This document shows, one piece after another, positions 1-12,200 of a stretch of 64,000 nucleotides of DNA (position 1 is its first letter; every line of letters begins with the position of its first letter). The stretch lies in the NCBI GenBank assembly GCA_032718475.1, contig JAUCBJ010000326.1, positions 35,951 through 99,950 on the forward strand, read 5' to 3'. Under the pieces are notes generated by a model. It made no database searches, was not told the DNA's origin, and saw nothing but the letters and a program-made list of their open reading frames with translations. The translations under genes and the position numbers were made by a program. This DNA comes from Nemertoderma westbladi. Its lineage: Eukaryota > Animalia > Xenacoelomorpha.

Positions 1-1894
1 TCGTGATGAGGGACAGGGTAGCCCGGGAAACTGTTGCCCCCACAGTCCCGAACCTTCGTGATCAAGGTCAGGGTAGCCCGGGAAACGGCTGCCCCCACAG
101 TCCCACACCTTCGTGATCAGGACCAGGGTAGCCCGGGAAACTGTTGCCCCCACAGTCCCGAACCTTCGTGATCAAGGTCAGGGTAGCCCGGGAAACTGTT
201 GCCCACACAGTCCCGCACCTTAGTGATGAGGGCCAGGGTAGCCCGGGAAACTGTTGCCCACACAGTCCTGCACCTCGTGATGAGGGACAGGGTAGCCCGG
301 GAAACTGTTGCCCCCACAGTCCCGAACCTTCGTGATCAAGGTCAGGGTAGCCCGGGAAACGGCTGCCCCCACAGTCCCACACCTTCGTGATCAGGACCAG
401 GGTAGCCCGGGAAACTGTTGCCCCCACAGTCCCGAACCTTCGTGATCAAGGTCAGGGTAGCCCGGGAAACTGTTGCCCACACAGTCCCGCACCTTAGTGA
501 TCAGGACCAGAGTAGCCCGGGAAACTGTTGCCCCCACAGTCCCGCACCTTCGTGATCAGGGCCAGGGTAGCCCGGGAAACTGTTGCCCCCACAGTCCTGC
601 ACCTTCGAGATCAGGGCCAGGGTTGCCCGGGGAAAGGCTGCCCCCACAGTTCCACACCTTCGTGATCAGGGCCAGGGTAGCCCGGGAAACTGTTGCCCAC
701 ACAGTCCCGAACCTTCGTGATCAAGGTCAGGGTTGCCCGGGAAACTGTTGCCCCCACAGTCCTGCACCTTCGTGATCAGGGCCAGGGTAGCCCGGGAAGC
801 TGTTGCCTCCACACTCCCACACCTTCGTGACCAGGGCCAGGGCTGCCCGGGAAACGGCTTCCCCCACAGTCCTGCACCTCGTGATCAGGGCCAGGGTAGC
901 CCGGGAAACTGTTGCCTCCACACTCCCACACCTTCGTGACCAGGGCCAGGGCTGCCCGGGAAACGGCTTCCCCCACAGTCCTGCACCTCGTGATCAGGAC
1001 AAGGGTAGCCCGGGAAACTGTTGCCCCCACAGTCCTGCACCTTCGTGATCAGGGCCAGGGTAACCCGGGAACCTGTTGGCCCCACAGTCCTGCACCTTCG
1101 TGATCAGGGCCAGGGTAGCCCGGGAAACTGTTGCCCCCACAGTCCCGCACCTTCGTGACCAGGGCCAGGGCTGCCCGGGAAACGGCTTCCCCCACAGTCC
1201 TGCACCTCGTAATCAGGACAAGGGTAGCCCGGGAAACTGTTGCCCCCACAGTCCTGCACCTTCGTGATCAGGGCCAGGGTAACCCGGGAACCTGTTGCCC
1301 CCACAGACCTGCACCTTCGTGATCAGGGCCAGGGTAGCCCGGGAAACTGTTGCCCCCACAGTCCTGCACCTTCGTGATCAGGGCCAGGGTAGCCCGGGAA
1401 GCTGTTGCCTCCACACTCCCACACCTTCGTGACCAGGGCCAGGGCTGCCCGGGAAACGGCTTCCCCCACAGTCCTGCACCTCGTGATCAGGACAAGGGTA
1501 GCCCGGGAAACTGTTGCCCCCACAGTCCCGCACCTTCGTGATCAGGACCAGGGTAGCCCAGGAAACTGTTGCCCCCACAGTCCCGCACCTTCGTGATCAG
1601 GACCAGGGTAGCCCAGGAAACTGTTGCCCCCACAGTCCTGCACCTCGTGATCAGGACCAGGGTAACCCGGGAAACTGTTGCCTCCCCAGTCCTGCACCTT
1701 CGTGATCAGGGCCAGGGTAGCCCGGGAAACTGTTGCCCCCCACAGTCCCGCACCTTCGTGATCAGGACCAGGGTAGCCCGGGAAACTGTTGCCCCCCCAG
1801 TCCCGCACCTTCGTGATCAGGGCCAGGGTAGCCCGGGAAACTGTTGCCCCCACAGTCCCGCACCTTCGTGATCAGGGCCAGGGTAGCCCGGGAA

Positions 1895-2694
1895 GTACTC
1901 TCAGAATCATTAGAGGGAGCCCAGCGGCTCCTCAGCTCATTAGAACATGCTGCTTCTAGTGTTGGTCTTTTTATTAACTCCAGAAAGACCAAAATTCTGA
2001 CAGTTAACTTTGAAAGTCCTCAGCAAGTCTCTGATTGGATGAGCATAAGCTCAAAGGATGGTATGCTTGAGCATGTGGACGACTTCTGTTACCTGGGATC
2101 ATGGATCCGGAAGTCAGGTGAGGACCTTCGAATACGTAAGGGAAAGGCATGGGCAGCCTTGAATAGGCTTTCCAGGATTTGGAAGTCACCTAGAATTAAT
2201 CGGAAACTTAAGGTCCGATTATTTAGAGCAGCAGTAGTTCCAGTACTCCTCTACGGGAGTCCATGCTGGGCTCTAACTGCTGAGGACACCAAATCTCTGG
2301 ATGGCACATTCACAAGAATGCTACGCCGGGTACATTGTGTCAAGTATAATGCACACATCTCCAACCAGACACTATATAACATTGGAGGTGTCTCATTGGT
2401 TCCCCCAAGCTTGACACTAGAACAAAATCGCCTCCGCTTTGCAGGACATTGCTTTCGCCGTGAGGACCAGCCAGTGCATAATCTTGTACTTTGGCAGCCT
2501 CATGGAGTGAATAAGCATGGTGGACAGCCCATGACTTTCTTGAGACGCATCTTAAAGGACACTGGCCTTAAAGATGCGGATGATCTAGCAAATGTCATGG
2601 GTGATAGGGAGTTGTGGCGGCGCAATTTTGTTGACAAGCCGGCACAGCATTCTTAAAAATGCAGCTGCAATGCAGCATGCCGATCCTAGTAGTA
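1895..2694 (+). mobile_element. 5'-truncated RTE-clade non-LTR retrotransposon (C-terminal RT/thumb region) inserted in the satellite
   Basis: Open frame with FCYLGS, LLYGSPCWALT, RLRFAGHC and DRELWR motifs, stop at 2656. (TAG)n tail. 12-bp TSD GTAGCCCGGGAA at 1883-1894 and 2695-2706. Confidence 0.93.
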
Positions 2695-5600
2695 GTAGCC
2701 CGGGAATCTGTTGCCCACGCAGTCCCGCACCTTAGTGATCAGGGCCAGGGCTGCCCGGGAAACAGCTCCCCCCACAGTCCCGCACCTTCGTGATCAGGGC
2801 CAGGGTAGCCGGGGAAACTGTTGCCCCCACAGTCCTGCACCTCGTGATCAGGACCAGGGTAGGCCGGGAAACTGTTGCCGCCACAGTCCTGCACCTTCGT
2901 GATCAGGACCAGGGTAGCCCGGGAAACTGTTGCCCGCACAGTCCCGCACCTTAGTGATCAGGGCCAGGGCTGCCCGGGAAACAGCTCCCCTCACAGTCCC
3001 GCACCTTCGTGATCAGGGCCAGGGTAGCCCGGGAAACTGTTGCCCCCACAGTCCTGCACCTCGTGATCAGGACCAGGATAGCCCGGGAAACTGTTGCCCC
3101 CACACTCCCGCACCTTAGTGACCAGGGCCAGGGCTGCCCGGGAAACAGCTCCCCCCACAGTCCCGCGCCTTCGTGATCAGGGCCAGGGTAGCCCGGGAAA
3201 CTGTTGCCCCCACAGTCCTGCACCTCGTGATCAGGACCAGGGTAGCCCGGGAAACTGTTGCCGCCACAGTCCTGCACCTCGTGATCAGGACCAGGGTAGC
3301 CCGGGAAACTGTTGCCGCCACAGTCCTGCACCTCGTGATCAGGGCCAGGGTAGCCCGGGAAACTGTTGCCCACACAGTCCCGCACCTTCGTGATCAGGGC
3401 CAGGGTAGCCCGGGAAACCGTTGCCCCCATGGTCCCGGAAACGGCTGCCCCCACAGTCCCGCATATTCGTGATCAGGGGCCAGGGTTGCCCGGGAAACTG
3501 CTGCCCCCACAGTCCTGCACCTCGTGATCAGGGTCAGGGTAGCCCGGGAAACCTTTGCCCCCATGGTCCCGGAAACGGCTGCCCCCACAGTCCTGCACCT
3601 CGTGATCAGGGTCAGGGTAGCCCGGGAAACCGTTGCCCCCATGGTCCCGGAAACGGCTGCCCCCACAGTCCTGCACCTCGTGATCAGGGTCAGGGTAGCC
3701 CGGGAAACCGTTGCCCCCATGGTCCCAGAAACGGCTGCCCCCACAGTCCCGCACCTTCGTGATCAGGGCCAGGGTAGCCCGGGAAACTGTTGCCCCCACA
3801 GTCCCACACCTCGTGATCAGGACCAGGGTAGCCGGGAAACTGTTGCCCCCACAGTCCCACACCTCGTGATCAGGACCAGGGTAGACGGGAAACGGCCGCC
3901 CCCACAGTCCTGCACCTCGTGATCAGGGCCAGGGTAGCCCGGGAAACGGCTGCCCCCACAGTCCCGTACCTCGTGATCAGGGCCAGGGTTGCCCGGGAAA
4001 CGGCTGCCCCCACAGTCCCACACCTCGTGATCAGGACCAGGGTAGCCCGGGAAACGGCTGCCCCCACAGTCCTGCACCTCGTGATCAAGGCCAGGATAGC
4101 CCGGGAAACTGTTGCCCACACAGTCCCGCAACTTAGTGATGAGGGCCAGGGTAGCCCGGGAAACTGTTGCCCACACAGTCCCGCACCTTAGTGATGAGGG
4201 CCAGGGTAACCCGGGAAACTGTTGCCCACACAGTCCTGCACCTCGTGATGAGGGACAGGGTAGCCCGGGAAACTGTTGCCCCCACAGTCCCGAACCTTCG
4301 TGATCAAGGTCAGGGTAGCCCGGGAAACTGTTGCCCACACAGTCCCGCACCTTAGTGATCAGGACCAGAGTAGCCCGGGAAACTGTTGCCCCCACAGTCC
4401 CGCACCTTCGTGATCAGGGCCAGGGTAGCCCGGGAAACTGTTGCCCCCACAGTCCTGCACCTTCGTGATCAGGGCCAGGGTTGCCCGGGAAACGGCCGCC
4501 CCCACAGTCCTGCACCTCGTGATCAGGGCCAGGGTAGCCCGGGAAACGGCTGCCCCCACAGTCCCGCACCTCGTGATCACGGCCAGGGTTGCCCGGGAAA
4601 CGGCTGCCCCCACAGTCCCACACCTTCAGTGATCAGGGCCAGGGTAGCCCGGGAAACGGCTGCCCCCACAGTCCCGCACCTCGTGATCAGGACCAGGGTA
4701 GCCCGGGAAACTGTTGCCCCCACAGTCCCGAACCTTCGTGATCAAGGTCAGGGTAGCCCGGGAAACGGCTGCCCCCACAGTCCCGCACCTTCGTGATCAC
4801 GACCAGGGTAGCCCGGGAAACGGCTGCCCCCACAGTCCCGCACCTCGTGATCAGGGCCAGGGTAGCCCGGGAAACTGTTGCCCCCACAGTCCCGAACCTT
4901 CGTGATCAAGGTCAGGGTAGCCCGGGAAACGGCTGCCCCCACAGTCCTACACCTTCGTGATCAGGACCAGGGTAGCCCGGGAAACGGCTGCCCCCACAGT
5001 CCCGAACCTCGTGATCAAGGTCAGGGTAGCCCGGGAAACTGTTGCCCACACAGTCCCGCACCTTCGTGATCAGGGCCAGGGTAGCCCGGGAAACGGCTGC
5101 CCCCACAGTCCTGCACCTCGTGATCAGGGCCAGGGTAGCCCGGGAAACGGCTGCCCCCACAGTCCCGTACCTCGTGATCAGGGCCAGGGTAGCCCGGGAA
5201 ACGGCTGCCCCCACAGTCCCACACCTCGTGATCAGGACCAGGGTAGCCCGGGAAACGGCTGCCCCCACAGTCCTGCACCTCGTGATCAAGGCCAGGGTAG
5301 CCCGGGAAACTGTTGCCCACACAGTCCCGCACCTTAGTGATGAGGGCCAGGGTAGCCCGGGAAACTGTTGCCCACACAGTCCCGCACCTTCGTGATCAGG
5401 GCCAGGGTAGCCCGGGAAACTGTTGCCCCCACAGTCCTGCACCTCGTGATCAGGGCCAGGGTAGCCCGGGAAACTGTTGCCCCCACAGTCCCGCACCTCG
5501 TGATCAAGGCCAGGGTAGCCCGGGAAACGGCTGCCCCCACAGTCCCACACCTTCGTGATCAGGACCAGGGTAGCCCGGGAAACTGTTGCCCCCACAGTCC

Positions 5601-6669
5601 CGACACCTTCGTGATCAAGGCCAGGGTAGCCCGGGAAACTGTTGCCCACACAGTCCCGCACCTTAGTGATCAGGGCCAGGGTAGCCCGGGAAACTGTTGC
5701 CCCCACAGTCCTGCACCTTCGTGATCAGGGCCAGGGTAGCCCGGGAAACTGTTGCCCCCACAGTCCTGCACCTTCGTGATCAGGGCCAGGGTAGCCCGGG
5801 AAACTGTTGCCCCCACAGTCCCGCACCTTCGTGATCAGGACCAGGGTAGCCCGGGAAACTGTTGCCCCCACAGTCCCGCACCTTCGTGATCAGGTCCAGG
5901 GTAGCCCGGGAAACTGTTGCCCCACACAGTCCCGCACCTTCGTGATCAGGGCCAGGGTAGCCCGGGAAACTGTTGCCCCCACAGTCCTGCACCTTCGTGA
6001 TCAGGGCCAGGGTAGCCCGGGAAACTGTTGCCCCCACAGTCCTGCACCTTCGTGATCAGGGCCAGGGTAGCCCGGGAAACTGTTGCCCCCACAGTCCCAC
6101 ACCTTCGTGATCAGGGCCAGGGTAGCCCGGGAAACTGTTGCCCCCACAGTCCCGCACCTTCGTGATCAGGACCAGGGTAGCCCGGGAAACTGTTGCCCCC
6201 ACAGTCCTGCACCTTCGTGATCAGGGCCAGGGTAGCCCGGGAAACTGTTGCCCCCACAGTCCTGCACCTTCGTGATCAGGGCCAGGGTAGCCCGGGAAAC
6301 TGTTGCCCCCACAGTCCCGCACCTTCGTGATCAGGGCCAGGGTAGCCCGGGAAACTGTTGCCCCCACAGTCCCGCACCTTCGTGATCAGGGCCAGGGTAG
6401 CCCGGGAAACTGTTGCCCCCACAGTCCTGCACCTTCGTGATCAGGGCCAGGGTAGCCCGGGAAACTGTTGCCCCCACAGTCCTGCACCTTCGTGATCAGG
6501 GCCAGGGTAGCCCGGGAAACTGTTGCCCCCACAGTCCTGCACCTTCGTGATCAGGGCCAGGGTAGCCCGGGAAACTGTTGCCCCCACAGTCCCGACACCT
6601 TCGTGATCAGGGCCAGGGTGCCCGGGAACTGTTGCCCCCACAGTCCCCACCTTCGTGACAGGGCCAGGG

Positions 6670-9203
6670 TGCCCGGGAAACGGCTTCCCCCACAGTCCTG
6701 CACCTCGTGATCAGGACAAGGGTAGCCCGGGAAACTGTTGCCCCCACAGTCCCGCACCTTCGTGATCAGGACCAGGGTAGCCCAGGAAACTGTTGCCCCC
6801 ACAGTCCCGCACCTTCGTGATCAGGACCAGGGTAGCCCAGGAAACTGTTGCCCCCACAGTCCTGCACCTCGTGATCAGGACCAGGGTAACCCGGGAAACT
6901 GTTGCCTCCCCAGTCCTGCACCTTCGTGATCAGGGCCAGGGTAGCCCGGGAAACTGTTGCCCCCCACAGTCCCGCACCTTCGTGATCAGGACCAGGGTAG
7001 CCCGGGAAACTGTTGCCCCCCCAGTCCCGCACCTTCGTGATCAGGGCCAGGGTAGCCCGGGAAACTGTTGCCCCCACAGTCCCGCACCTTCGTGATCAGG
7101 GCCAGGGTAGCCCGGGAAGTACTCTCAGAATCATTAGAGGGAGCCCAGCGGCTCCTCAGCTCATTAGAACATGCTGCTTCTAGTGTTGGTCTTTTTATTA
7201 ACTCCAGAAAGACCAAAATTCTGACAGTTAACTTTGAAAGTCCTCAGCAAGTCTCTGATTGGATGAGCATAAGCTCAAAGGATGGTATGCTTGAGCATGT
7301 GGACGACTTCTGTTACCTGGGATCATGGATCCGGAAGTCAGGTGAGGACCTTCGAATACGTAAGGGAAAGGCATGGGCAGCCTTGAATAGGCTTTCCAGG
7401 ATTTGGAAGTCACCTAGAATTAATCGGAAACTTAAGGTCCGATTATTTAGAGCAGCAGTAGTTCCAGTACTCCTCTACGGGAGTCCATGCTGGGCTCTAA
7501 CTGCTGAGGACACCAAATCTCTGGATGGCACATTCACAAGAATGCTACGCCGGGTACATTGTGTCAAGTATAATGCACACATCTCCAACCAGACACTATA
7601 TAACATTGGAGGTGTCTCATTGGTTCCCCCAAGCTTGACACTAGAACAAAATCGCCTCCGCTTTGCAGGACATTGCTTTCGCCGTGAGGACCAGCCAGTG
7701 CATAATCTTGTACTTTGGCAGCCTCATGGAGTGAATAAGCATGGTGGACAGCCCATGACTTTCTTGAGACGCATCTTAAAGGACACTGGCCTTAAAGATG
7801 CGGATGATCTAGCAAATGTCATGGGTGATAGGGAGTTGTGGCGGCGCAATTTTGTTGACAAGCCGGCACAGCATTCTTAAAAATGCAGCTGCAATGCAGC
7901 ATGCCGATCCTAGTAGTAGTAGCCCGGGAATCTGTTGCCCACGCAGTCCCGCACCTTAGTGATCAGGGCCAGGGCTGCCCGGGAAACAGCTCCCCCCACA
8001 GTCCCGCACCTTCGTGATCAGGGCCAGGGTAGCCGGGGAAACTGTTGCCCCCACAGTCCTGCACCTCGTGATCAGGACCAGGGTAGGCCGGGAAACTGTT
8101 GCCGCCACAGTCCTGCACCTTCGTGATCAGGACCAGGGTAGCCCGGGAAACTGTTGCCCGCACAGTCCCGCACCTTAGTGATCAGGGCCAGGGCTGCCCG
8201 GGAAACAGCTCCCCTCACAGTCCCGCACCTTCGTGATCAGGGCCAGGGTAGCCCGGGAAACTGTTGCCCCCACAGTCCTGCACCTCGTGATCAGGACCAG
8301 GATAGCCCGGGAAACTGTTGCCCCCACACTCCCGCACCTTAGTGACCAGGGCCAGGGCTGCCCGGGAAACAGCTCCCCCCACAGTCCCGCGCCTTCGTGA
8401 TCAGGGCCAGGGTAGCCCGGGAAACTGTTGCCCCCACAGTCCTGCACCTCGTGATCAGGACCAGGGTAGCCCGGGAAACTGTTGCCGCCACAGTCCTGCA
8501 CCTCGTGATCAGGACCAGGGTAGCCCGGGAAACTGTTGCCGCCACAGTCCTGCACCTCGTGATCAGGGCCAGGGTAGCCCGGGAAACTGTTGCCCACACA
8601 GTCCCGCACCTTCGTGATCAGGGCCAGGGTAGCCCGGGAAACCGTTGCCCCCATGGTCCCGGAAACGGCTGCCCCCACAGTCCCGCATATTCGTGATCAG
8701 GGGCCAGGGTTGCCCGGGAAACTGCTGCCCCCACAGTCCTGCACCTCGTGATCAGGGTCAGGGTAGCCCGGGAAACCTTTGCCCCCATGGTCCCGGAAAC
8801 GGCTGCCCCCACAGTCCTGCACCTCGTGATCAGGGTCAGGGTAGCCCGGGAAACCGTTGCCCCCATGGTCCCGGAAACGGCTGCCCCCACAGTCCTGCAC
8901 CTCGTGATCAGGGTCAGGGTAGCCCGGGAAACCGTTGCCCCCATGGTCCCAGAAACGGCTGCCCCCACAGTCCCGCACCTTCGTGATCAGGGCCAGGGTA
9001 GCCCGGGAAACTGTTGCCCCCACAGTCCCACACCTCGTGATCAGGACCAGGGTAGCCGGGAAACTGTTGCCCCCACAGTCCCACACCTCGTGATCAGGAC
9101 CAGGGTAGACGGGAAACGGCCGCCCCCACAGTCCTGCACCTCGTGATCAGGGCCAGGGTAGCCCGGGAAACGGCTGCCCCCACAGTCCCGTACCTCGTGA
9201 TCA
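6670..9203 (+). repeat. Direct duplication of ~1446-3979 (satellite plus RTE insert)
   Basis: Same order of rare monomer variants and identical ORF translations at +5224. Confidence 0.9.
7119..7918 (+). mobile_element. Second copy of the same truncated RTE insertion
   Basis: Identical translation, truncation point, tail and TSD (7107-7118, 7919-7930); offset 5224 bp from the first copy. Confidence 0.93.
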
Positions 9204-12200
9204 CGGCCAGGGTTGCCCGGGAAACGGCTGCCCCCACAGTCCCACACCTTCGTGATCAGGGCCAGGGTAGCCCGGGAAACGGCTGCCCCCACAGTCCCGT
9301 ACCTCGTGATCAGGGCCAGGGTTGCCCGGGAAACGGCTGCCCCCACAGTCCCGCACCTTCGTGATCAGGGCCAGGGTAGCCCGGGAAACTGCTGCCCCCA
9401 CAGTCCTGCACCTCGTGATCAGGGTCAGGGTAGCCCGGGAAACTGTTGCCCCCACAGTCCCACACCTCGTGATCAGGACCAGGGTAGCCCGGGAAACTGT
9501 TGCCCCCACAGTCCCACACCTCGTGATCAGGACCAGGGTAGCCGGGAAACGCCGCCCCCACAGTCCTGCACCTCGTGATCAGGGCCAGGGTAGCCCGGGA
9601 AACGGCTGCCCCCACAGTCCCGTACCTCGTGATCAGGGCCAGGGTTGCCCGGGAAACGGCTGCCCCCACAGTCCCACACCTCGTGATCAGGACCAGGGTA
9701 GCCCGGGAAACGGCTGCCCCCACAGTCCTGCACCTCGTGATCAAGGCCAGGATAGCCCGGGAAACTGTTGCCCACACAGTCCCGCACCTTAGTGATGAGG
9801 GCCAGGGTAGCCCGGGAAACTGTTGCCCACACAGTCCCGCACCTTAGTGATGAGGGCCAGGGTAACCCGGGAAACTGTTGCCCACACAGTCCTGCACCTC
9901 GTGATGAGGGACAGGGTAGCCCGGGAAACTGTTGCCCCCACAGTCCCGAACCTTCGTGATCAAGGTCAGGGTAGCCCGGGAAACTGTTGCCCACACAGTC
10001 CCGCACCTTAGTGATCAGGACCAGAGTAGCCCGGGAAACTGTTGCCCCCACAGTCCCGCACCTTCGTGATCAGGGCCAGGGTAGCCCGGGAAACTGTTGC
10101 CCCCACAGTCCTGCACCTTCGCGATCAGGGCCAGGGTTGCCCGGGAAACGGCCGCCCCCACAGTCCTGCACCTCGTGATCAGGGCCAGGGTAGCCCGGGA
10201 AACGGCTGCCCCCACAGTCCCGTACCTCGTGATCACGGCCAGGGTTGCCCGGGAAACGGCTGCCCCCACAGTCCCACACCTTCGTGATCAGGGCCAGGGT
10301 AGCCCGGGAAACGGCTGCCCCCACAGTCCCGTACCTCGTGATCAGGACCAGGGTAGCCCGGGAAACTGTTGCCCCCACAGTCCCGAACCTTCGTGATCAA
10401 GGTCAGGGTAGCCCGGGAAACGGCTGCCCCCACAGTCCCACACCTTCGTGATCACGACCAGGGTAGCCCGGGGAACGGCTGCCCCCACAGTCCCGTACCT
10501 CGTGATCAGGACCAGGGTAGCCCGGGAAACTGTTGCCCCCACAGTCCCGAACCTTCGTGATCAAGGTCAGGGTAGCCCGGGAAACGGCTGCCCCCACAGT
10601 CCCACACCTTCGTGATCAGGACCAGGGTAGCCCGGGAAACTGTTGCCCCCACAGTCCCGAGCCTTTGTGATCAAGGTCAGGGTAGCCCGGGAAACTGTTG
10701 CCCACACAGTCCCGCACCTTAGTGATCAGGACCAGAGTAGCCCGGGAAACTGTTGCCCCCACAGTCCTGCACCTCGTGATCAGGGCCAGGGTAGCCCGGG
10801 AAACGGCTGCCCCCACAGTCCCGTACCTCGTGATCAGGGCCAGGGTTGCCCGGGAAACGGCTGCCCCCACAGTCCCACACCTCGTGATCAGGACCAGGGT
10901 AGCCCGGGAAACGGCTGCCCCCACAGTCCTGCACCTCGTGATCAAGGCCAGGGTAGCCCGGGAAACTGTTGCCCACACAGTCCCGCACCTTAGTGATCAG
11001 GGCCAGGGTTGCCCGGGGAAAGGCTGCCCCCACAGTTCCACACCTTCGTGATCAGGGCCAGGGTAGCCCGGGAAACTGTTGCCCCCACAGTCCCGAACCT
11101 TCGTGATCAAGGTCAGGGTAGCCCGGGAAACTGTTGCCCACACAGTCCCGCACCTTAGTGATCAGGACCAGAGTAGCCCGGGAAACTGTTGCCCCCACAG
11201 TCCCGCACCTTCGTGATCAGGGCCAGGGTAGCCCGGGAAACTGTTGCCCCCACAGTCCTGCACCTTCGTGATCAGGGCCAGGGTTGCCCGGGGAAAGGCT
11301 GCCCCCACAGTTCCGTACCTTCGTGATCAAGGTCAGGGTAGCCCGGGAAACTGTTGCCCACACAGTCCCGCACCTTAGTGATCAGGACCAGAGTAGCCCG
11401 GGAAACTGTTGCCCCCACAGTCCCGCACCTTCGTGATCAGGGCCAGGGTAGCCCGGGAAACTGCTGCCCCCACAGTCCCGCACCTTCGTGATCAGGGCCA
11501 GGGTAGCCCGGGAAACTGTTGCCCCCACAGTCCCGAACCTTCGTGATCAAGGTCAGGGTTGCCCGGGAAACTGTTGCCCACACAGTCCCGAACCTTCGTG
11601 ATCAAGGTCAGGGTTGCCCGGGAAACTGTTGCCCCCACAGTCCTGCACCTCGTGATCAGGGCCAGGGTAGCCCGGGAAACTGTTGCCCCCACAGTCCCGA
11701 ACCTTCGTGATCAAGGTCAGGGTAGCCCGGGAAACTGTTGCCCACACAGTCCCGCACCTTAGTGATCAGGACCAGAGTAGCCCGGGAAACTGTTGCCCCC
11801 ACAGTCCCGAGCCTTCGTGATCAAGGTCAGGGTAGCCCGGGAAACTGTTGCCCACACAGTCCCGCACCTTAGTGATCAGGACCAGAGTAGCCCGGGAAAC
11901 TGTTGCCCCCACAGTCCTGCACCTCGTGATCAGGGCCAGGGTAGCCCGGGAAACGGCTGCCCCCACAGTCCCGTACCTCGTGATCAGGGCCAGGGTTGCC
12001 CGGGAAACGGCTGCCCCCACAGTCCCACACCTCGTGATCAGGACCAGGGTAGCCCGGGAAACGGCTGCCCCCACAGTCCTGCACCTCGCGATCAAGGCCA
12101 GGGTAGCCCGGGAAACTGTTGCCCACACAGTCCCGCACCTTAGTGATGAGGGCCAGGGTAGCCCGGGAAACTGTTGCCCACACAGTCCCGCACCTTAGTG

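Noticed and set aside
1844-1894. N-terminus of the 270-aa ORF as a satellite-RT fusion protein
   Set aside because: The start is a TTG inside the satellite and the insert lacks the RT catalytic core, so this is chance in-frame read-in.
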